From Paragordius varius (lineage: Eukaryota > Animalia > Nematomorpha), in assembly GCA_964247055.1 (NCBI GenBank), contig OZ176054.1, positions 372,001 through 436,000 of the forward strand: a stretch of 64,000 nucleotides of DNA, given 5' to 3'. Made by a program: the position numbers and the translations under genes. The notes below the pieces were generated by a model. That model was not told the DNA's origin and ran no database searches. It saw only the letters and a list, made by a program, of their open reading frames with translations. Positions 54,926-64,000 of the stretch are shown piece by piece. The stretch's first letter is position 1; every line of letters starts with the position of its first letter.

Positions 54926-57900
54926 AGTTCCATCATCACCCCAAATATTTTGGGGATCGGACTATAAATGTAATTTTTATGAATTTTTTAAATATTTAAA
55001 AAATTTATTTTATACGATTTTAAAAATAAAAATGGCTACCTAAAATCCAAATTTGATCAGGTGATGTCACCATAATTTATTTGGGTAGCCCTATGGTAGT
55101 TCCATCATCACCCCAAATATTTTGGGGATCGGACTATAAATGTAATTTTTATGAATTTTTTAAATATTTAAAAAATTAATTTTATACGATTTTAAAAATA
55201 AAAATGGCTACCTAAAATCCAAATTTGATCAGGTGATGTCGCCATAATTTTTTTTGGGTAGCCCTATGGTAGTTCCATCATAACCCCAAATATTTTTGAG
55301 ATCGGACTTTAAATGTAATTTTTATGAATTTTTTAAATATTTAAAAAATTTATTTTATACGATTTTAAAAATAAAAATGGCTACCTAAAATCCAAATTTG
55401 ATCAGGTGATGTCGCCATAATTTTTTTTGGGTAGCCCTATGGTAGTTCCATCATCACCCCAAATATTTTTGAGATCGGAGTATAAATGTAATTTTTATGA
55501 ATTTTTTTAATAATTAAAAAATTTATTTTATACGATTTTAAAAATAAAAATGGCTACCTAAAATCCAAATTTGATCAGGTGATGTCGCCATAATTTTTTT
55601 TGGGTAGCCCTATAGTAGTTCCATCATCACCCCAAATATTTTTGAGATCGGAGTATAAATGTAATTTTTATGAATTTTTTTAATAATTAAAAAATTTATT
55701 TTATACGATTTTAAAAATAAAAATGGCTACCTAAAATCCAAATTTGATCAGGTGATGTCACTATAATTTTTTTGGGTGGCCCTATGGTAGTTCCATCATC
55801 ACCCCAAATATTTTGGGGATCGGACTATAAATGTAATTTTTATGAATTTTTTAAATATTTAAAAAATTTATTTTATACGATTTTAAAAATAAAAATGGCT
55901 ACCTAAAATCCAAATTTGATCAGGTGATGTCACCATAATTTATTTGGGTAGCCCTATAGTAGTTCCATCATCACCCCAAATATTTTTGAGATCGGAGTAT
56001 AAATGTAATTTTTATGAATTTTTTAAATATTTAAAAAATTTATTTTATACGATTTTAAAAATAAAAATGGCTACCTAGAATCCAAATTTATCAATTGATG
56101 TCGCCATAATTTTTTTTGGGTAGCCCTATGGTAGTTCCATCATCACCCCAAATATTTTCGAGATCGGAGTATAAATGTAATTTTTATAAATTTTTTAAAT
56201 ATTTAAAAAATTTATTTTATAAGATTTTAAAAATAAAAATGGCTACCTAAAATCCAAATTTGATCAGGTGATGTCACCATAATTTATTTGGGTAGCCCTA
56301 TGGTAGTTCCATCATCACCCCAAATATTTTGGGGATCGGACTATAAATGTAATTTTTATGAATTTTTTAAATATTTAAAAAATTAATTTTATACGATTTT
56401 AAAAATAAAAATGGCTACCTAAAATCCAAATTTGATCAGGTGATGTCGCCATAATTTTTTTTGGGTAGCCCTATGGTAGTTCCATCATAACCCCAAATAT
56501 TTTTGAGATCGGACTTTAAATGTAATTTTTATGAATTTTTTAAATATTTAAAAAATTTATTTTATACGATTTTAAAAATAAAAATGGCTACCTAAAATCC
56601 AAATTTGATCAGGTGATGTCGCCATAATTTTTTTTGGGTAGCCCTATAGTAGTTCCATCATCACCCCAAATATTTTTGAGATCGGAGTATAAATGTAATT
56701 TTTATGAATTTTTTAAATATTTAAAAAATTTATTTTATACGATTTTAAAAATAAAAATGGCTACCTAAAATCCAAATTTGATCAGGTGATGTCACCATAA
56801 TTTATTGGGGTAGCCCTATAGTAGTTCCATCATCACCCCAAATATTTTTGAGATCGGAGTATAAATGTAATTTTTATGAATTTTTTAAATATTTAAAAAA
56901 TTTATTTTATACGATTTTAAAAATAAAAATGGCTACCTAAAATCCAAATTTGATCAGGTGATGTCACCATAATTTATTGGGGTAGCCCTATAGTAGTTCC
57001 ATCATCACCCCAAATATTTTTGAGATCGGAGTATAAATGTAATTTTTATGAATTTTTTAAATATTTAAAAAATTTATTTTATACGATTTTAAAAATAAAA
57101 ATGGCTACCTAAAATCCAAATTTGATCAGGTGATGTCACTATAATTTTTTTGGGTAGCCCTATGGTAGTTCCATCATCACCCCAAATATTTTGGGGATCG
57201 GACTATAAATGTAATTTTTATGAATTTTTTAAATATTTAAAAAATTTATTTTATACGATTTTAAAAATAAAAATGGCTACCTAAAATCCAAATTTGATCA
57301 GGTGATGTCACCATAAATTTTTTTGGGTAGTCCTATGGTAGTTCCATCATCACCCCAAATATTGTCGAGATCGGAGTATAAATGTAGTTTTTTTGAATTT
57401 TTTAAATATTTAAAAAATTTATTTTATACGATTTTAAAAATAAAAATGGCTACCTAGAATCCAAATTTGATCAGGTGATGTCGCCATAATTTTTTTTGGG
57501 TAGCCCTATAGTAGTTCCATCATCACCCCAAATATTTTTGAGATCGGAGTATAAATGTAATTTTTATGAATTTTTTAAATATTTAAAAAATTTATTTTAT
57601 ACTATTTGAAAAATAAAAATGGCTACCTAAAATCCAAATTTGATCAGGTGATGTCACCATAATTTATTTGGGTAGCCCTATAGTAGTTCCATCATCACCC
57701 CAAATATTTTTGAGATCGGAGTATAAATGTAATATTTATGAATTTTTTAAATATTTAAAAAATTTATTTTATACGATTTTAAAAATAAAAATGGCTACCT
57801 AAAATCCAAATTTGATCAGGTGATGTCGCCATAATTTTTTTGGGTAGCCCTATGGTAGTTCCATCATAACCCCAAATATTTTTGAGATCGGAGTATAAAT

Positions 57901-60900
57901 GTAATTTTTATGAATTTTTTAAATATTTAAAAAATTTATTTTATACTATTTGAAAAATAAAAATGGCTACCTAAAATCCAAATTTGATCAGGTGATGTCG
58001 CCATAATTTTTTTTGGGTAGCCCTATAGTAGTTCCATCATCACCCCAAATATTTTTGAGATCGGAGTATAAATGTAATTTTTATGAATTTTTTAAATATT
58101 TAAAAAATTTATTTTATACGATTTTAAAAATAAAAATGGCTACCTAAAATCCAAATTTGATCAGGTGATGTCACCATAATTTATTTGGGTAGCCCTATAG
58201 TAGTTCCATCATCACCCCAAATATTTTTGAGATCGGAGTATAAATGTAATATTTATGAATTTTTTAAATATTTAAAAAATTTATTTTATAAGATTTTAAA
58301 AATAAAAATGGCTACCTAAAATCCAAATTTGATCAGGTGATGTCACCATAATTTATTTGGGTAGCCCTATAGTAGTTCCATCATCACCCCAAATATTTTT
58401 GAGATCGGAGTATAAATGTAATTTTTATGAATTTTTTAAATATTTAAAAAATTTATTTTATACGATTTACAAAATAAAAATGGCTACCTAAAATCCAAAT
58501 TTGATCAGGTGATGTCACCATAATTTATTTGGGTAGCCCTATAGTAGTTCCATCATCACCCCAAATATTTTTGAGATCGGAGTATAAATGTAATTTTTAT
58601 GAATTTTTTAAATATTTAAAAAATTTATTTTATACGATTTTAAAAATAAAAATGGCTACCTAAAATCCAAATTTGATCAGGTGATGTCACCATAATTTAT
58701 TTGGGTAGCCCTATAGTAGTTCCATCATCACCCCAAATATTTTTGAGATCGGAGTATAAATGTAATTTTTATGAATTTTTTAAATATTTAAAAAATTTAT
58801 TTTATACGATTTTAAAAATAAAAATGGCTACCTAAAATCCAAATTTGATCAGGTGATGTCACCATAATTTATTTGGGTAGCCCTATGGTAGTTCCATCAT
58901 CACCCCAAATATTTTGGGGATCGGACTATAAATGTAATTTTTATGAATTTTTTAAATATTTAAAAAATTTATTTTATACGATTTTAAAAATAAAAATGGC
59001 TACCTAAAATCCAAATTTGATCAGGTGATGTCACCATAATTTATTTGGGTAGCCCTATAGTAGTTCCATCATCACCCCAAATATTTTTGAGATCGGAGTA
59101 TAAATGTAATTTTTATGAATTTTTTAAATATTTAAAAAATTTATTTTATACGATTTTAAAAATAAAAATGGCTACTTAAAATCCAAATTTGATCAGGTGA
59201 TGTCGCCATAATTTTTTTTGGGTAACCCTATGGTGGTTCCATCATCACCCCAAATATTTTTGAGATCGGAGTATAAATGTAATTTTTATGAATTTTTTAA
59301 ATATTTAAAAAATTTATTTTATACGATTTTAAAAATAAAAATGGCTACCTAAAATCCAAATTTGATCAGGTGATGTCACCATAATTTATTTGGGTAGCCC
59401 TATAGTAGTTCCATCATCACCCCAAATATTTTTGAGATCGGAGTATAAATGTAATTTTTATGAATTTTTTAAATATTTAAAAAATTTATTTTATACGATT
59501 TTAAAAATAAAAATGGCTACCTAAAATCCAAATTTGATCAGGTGATGTCACCATAATTTATTTGGGTAGCCCTATAGTAGTTTCATCATCACCCCAAATA
59601 TTGTCGAGATCGGAGTATAAATGTAATTTTTTTGAATTTTTTAAATATTTAAAAAATTTATTTTATACGATTTTAAAAATAAAAATGGCTACCTAAAATC
59701 CAAATTTGATCAGGTGATGTCGCCATAATTTTTTTTGGGTAACCCTATGGTGGTTCCATCATCACCCCAAATATTTTTGATATCGGACTTTAAATGTAAT
59801 TTTTATGAATTTTTTAAATATTTAAAAAATTTATTTTATACGATTTTAAAAATAAAAATGGCTACCTAAAATCCAAATTTGATCAGGTGAATGTCGCCAT
59901 AATTTTTTTTGGGTAGCCCTATAGTAGTTCCATCATCACCCCAAATATTTTTGAGATCGGAGTATAAATGTAATTTTTATGAATTTTTTAAATATTTAAA
60001 AAATTTATTTTATACGATTTTAAAAATAAAAATGGCTACCTAAAATCCAAATTTGATCAGGTGATGTCACTATAATTTTTTTGGGTAGCCCTATGGTAGT
60101 TCCATCATCACCCCAAATATTTTGGGGATCGGACTATAAATGTAATTTTTATGAATTTTTTAATTATTTAAAAAATTTATTTTATACGATTTTAAAAATA
60201 AAAATGGCTACCTAAAATCCAAATTTGATCAGGTGATGTCGCCATAATTTTTTTTGGGTAGCCCTATGGTAGTTCCATCATCACCCCAAATACTTTGGGG
60301 ATCGGACTATAAATGTAATTTTAATGAATTTTTTAAATATTTAAAAAATTTATTTTATACGATTTTAAAAATAAAAATGGCTACCTAAAATCCAAATTTG
60401 ATCAGGTGATGTCACCATAATTTATTTGGGTAGCCCTATGGTAGTTCCATCATCACCCCAAATATTTTGGGGATCGGACTATAAATGTAATTTTTATGAA
60501 TTTTTTAAATATTTAAAAAATTAATTTTATACGATTTTAAAAATAAAAATGGCTACCTAAAATCCAAATTTGATCAGGTGATGTCACTATAATTTTTTTG
60601 GGTGGCCCTATGGTAGTTCCATCATCACCCTAAATATTTTGGGGATCGGACTATAAATGTAATTTTTATGAATTTTTTAAATATTTAAAAAATTTATTTT
60701 ATAAGATTTTAAAAATAAAAATGGCTACCTAAAATCCAAATTTGATCAGGTGATGTCACCATAATTTATTTGGGTAGCCCTATGGTAGTTCCATCATCAC
60801 CCCAAATATTTTGGGGATCGGACTTTAAATGTAATTTTTATGAATTTTTTAAATATTTAAAAAATTTATTTTATACGATTTTAAAAATAAAAATGGCTAC

Positions 60901-61477
60901 CTAAAATCCAAATTTGATCAGGTGATGTCACCATAAATTTTTGTGGGTAGTCCTATGGTAGTTCCATCATCACCCCAAATATTGTCGAGATCGGAGTATA
61001 AATGTAGTTTTTTTGAATTTTTTAAATATTTAAAAAATTTATTTTATACGATTTTAAAAATAAAAATGGCTACCTAAAATCCAAATTTGATCAGGTGATG
61101 TCGCCATAATTTTTTTTGGGTAGCCCTATAGTAGTTCCATCATCACCCCAAATATTTTTGAGATCGGAGTATAAATGTAATTTTTATGAATTTTTTAAAT
61201 ATTTAAAAAATTTATTTTATACGATTTTAAAAATAAAAATGGCTACCTAAAATCCAAATTTGATCAGGTGATGTCACCATAATTTATTTGGGTAGCCCTA
61301 TAGTAGTTCCATCATCACCCCAAATATTTTTGAGATCGGAGTATAAATGTAATTTTTATGAATTTTTTAAATATTTAAAAAATTTATTTTATAAGATTTT
61401 AAAAATAAAAATGGCTACCTAAAATCCAAATTTGATCAGGTGATGTCGCCATAATTTTTTTTGGGTAGCCCTATAGT

Positions 61478-63201
61478 AGTTCCATCATCACCCCAAATAT
61501 TTTTGAGATCGGAGTATAAATGTAATTTTTATGAATTTTTTAAATATTTAAAAAATTTATTTTATACGATTTTAAAAATAAAAATGGCTACCTAAAATCC
61601 AAATTTGATCAGGTGATGTCACCATAATTTATTTGGGTAGCCCTATAGTAGTTCCATCATCACCCCAAATATTTTTGAGATCGGAGTATAAATGTAATTT
61701 TTATGAATTTTTTAAATATTTAAAAAATTTATTTTATACGATTTTAAAAATAAAAATGGCTATTTAAAATCCAAATTTGATCAGGTGATGTCGCCATAAT
61801 TTTTTTGGGTAACCCTATGGTGGTTCCATCATCACCCCAAATATTTTTGAGATCGGAGTATAAATGTAATTTTTATGAATTTTTTAAATATTTAAAAAAT
61901 TTATTTTATACGATTTTAAAAATAAAAATGGCTACCTAAAATCCAAATTTGATCAGGTGATGTCACCATAATTTATTTGGGTAGCCCTATAGTAGTTTCA
62001 TCATCACCCCAAATATTGTCGAGATCGGAGTATAAATGTAATTTTTTTGAATTTTTTAAATATTTAAAAAATTTATTTTATACGATTTTAAAAATAAAAA
62101 TGGCTACCTAAAATCCAAATTTGATCAGGTGATGTCGCCATAATTTTTTTTGGGTAACCCTATGGTGGTTCCATCATCACCCCAAATATTTTTGATATCG
62201 GACTTTAAATGTAATTTTTATGAATTTTTTAAATATTTAAAAAATTTATTTTATACGATTTTAAAAATAAAAATGGCTACCTAAAATCCAAATTTGATCA
62301 GGTGATGTCGCCATAATTTTTTTTGGGTAGCCCTATAGTAGTTCCATCATCACCCCAAATATTTTTGAGATCGGAGTATAAATGTAATTTTTATGAATTT
62401 TTTAAATATTTAAAAAATTTATTTTATACGATTTTAAAAATAAAAATGGCTACCTAAAATCCAAATTTGATCAGGTGATGTCACCATAATTTATTTGGGT
62501 AGCCCTATAGTAGTTCCATCATCACCCCAAATATTTTTGAGATCGGAGTATAAATGTAATTTTTATGAATTTTTTAAATATTTAAAAAATTTATTTTATA
62601 CGATTTTAAAAATAAAAATGGCTATTTAAAATCCAAATTTGATCAGGTGATGTCGCCATAATTTTTTTGGGTAACCCTATGGTGGTTCCATCATCACCCC
62701 AAATATTTTTGAGATCGGAGTATAAATGTAATTTTTATGAATTTTTTAAATATTTAAAAAATTTATTTTATACGATTTTAAAAATAAAAATGGCTACCTA
62801 AAATCCAAATTTGATCAGGTGATGTCACCATAATTTATTTGGGTAGCCCTATAGTAGTTTCATCATCACCCCAAATATTGTCGAGATCGGAGTATAAATG
62901 TAATTTTTTTGAATTTTTTAAATATTTAAAAAATTTATTTTATACGATTTTAAAAATAAAAATGGCTACCTAAAATCCAAATTTGATCAGGTGATGTCGC
63001 CATAATTTTTTTTGGGTAACCCTATGGTGGTTCCATCATCACCCCAAATATTTTTGATATCGGACTTTAAATGTAATTTTTATGAATTTTTTAAATATTT
63101 AAAAAATTTATTTTATACGATTTTAAAAATAAAAATGGCTACCTAAAATCCAAATTTGATCAGGTGATGTCGCCATAATTTTTTTTGGGTAGCCCTATAG
63201 T
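61478..63201 (+). repeat. 5-monomer tandem duplication (862 bp)
   Basis: GCTATTT (61761/62623), AGTTTC and GATATCGG markers recur at +862. Confidence 0.88.
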
Positions 63202-64000
63202 AGTTCCATCATCACCCCAAATATTTTTGAGATCGGAGTATAAATGTAATTTTTATGAATTTTTTAAATATTTAAAAAATTTATTTTATACGATTTTAAA
63301 AATAAAAATGGCTACCTAAAATCCAAATTTGATCAGGTGATGTCACTATAATTTTTTTGGGTGGCCCTATGGTAGTTCCATCATCACCCCAAATATTTTG
63401 GGGATCGGACTATAAATGTAATTTTTATGAATTTTTTAAATATTTAAAAAATTTATTTTATAAGATTTTAAAAATAAAAATGGCTACCTAAAATCCAAAT
63501 TTGATCAGGTGATGTCACCATAATTTATTTGGGTAGCCCTATGGTAGTTCCATCATAACCCCAAATATTTTTGAGATGGGACTTTAAATGTAATTTTTAT
63601 GAATTTTTTAAATATTTAAAAAATTTATTTTATACGATTTTAAAAATAAAAATGGCTACCTAAAATCCAAATTTGATCAGGTGATGTCACCATAAATTTT
63701 TGTGGGTAGTCCTATGGTAGTTCCATCATCACCCCAAATATTGTCGAGATCGGAGTATAAATGTAGTTTTTTTGAATTTTTTAAATATTTAAAAAATTTA
63801 TTTTATACGATTTTAAAAATAAAAATGGCTACCTAAAATCCAAATTTGATCAGGTGATGTCGCCATAATTTTTTTTGGGTAGCCCTATAGTAGTTCCATC
63901 ATCACCCCAAATATTTTTGAGATCGGAGTATAAATGTAATTTTTATGAATTTTTTAAATATTTAAAAAATTTATTTTATACGATTTTAAAAATAAAAATG

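Larger units (their letters stand above)
15507..64000. repeat. Same 172-173 bp satellite array, right of the retroelement (~281 monomers; continues beyond window end)
   Basis: The monomer resumes in register at GAGT|ATAAATGTAA (15507-) and repeats with no non-satellite sequence to 64000. Confidence 0.99.

Noticed and set aside
1-64000. CRISPR array or repeat-spacer system
   Set aside because: No unique spacers: whole monomers repeat with only SNP/indel variants, there are no cas genes, and the context is eukaryotic.

Overview
Eukaryotic heterochromatin-type window, probably arthropod (inferred from the TATA/TCAGTT-Inr/AATAAA layout of the LTR); no intact gene, RNA gene or CRISPR is supportable. 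About 97.7% of it is one uninterrupted, single-orientation tandem array of a 172-173 bp satellite (~26% GC, ~360 monomers by length) that runs off both ends. Monomer consensus: AGTTCCATCATCACCCCAAATATTTTCGAGATCGGAGTATAAATGTAATTTTTATGAATTTTTTAAATATTTAAAAAATTTATTTTATACGATTTTAAAAATAAAAATGGCTACCTAAAATCCAAATTTGATCAGGTGATGTCACCATAATTTTTTTTGGGTAGCCCTATGGT. Each monomer carries a perfect 24-bp AT palindrome and several smaller dyads. The array splits into variant domains, with a switch at ~19.8-20.2 kb, and into many local higher-order repeats (5-, 6-, 7-, 8-, 13-, 17/23- and 18-mers), plus non-colinear long-range copies. The only interruption is a 1,494-bp non-autonomous Ty3/Gypsy (Mag-like) LTR retroelement at 14013-15506. 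It has a 4-bp GAGT target-site duplication, a short PBS, a PPT, and decayed gag-knuckle, RT and integrase-tail relics. The most unusual observation is that its two LTRs are identical for 262 bp and then differ at five places packed into the last ~30 bp, the predicted U5. Together with a PBS matching tRNA for only ~8 nt, this suggests (inference) mobilisation using a strong-stop DNA primed on a different, helper RNA. All comparisons were done by eye, with no database search.
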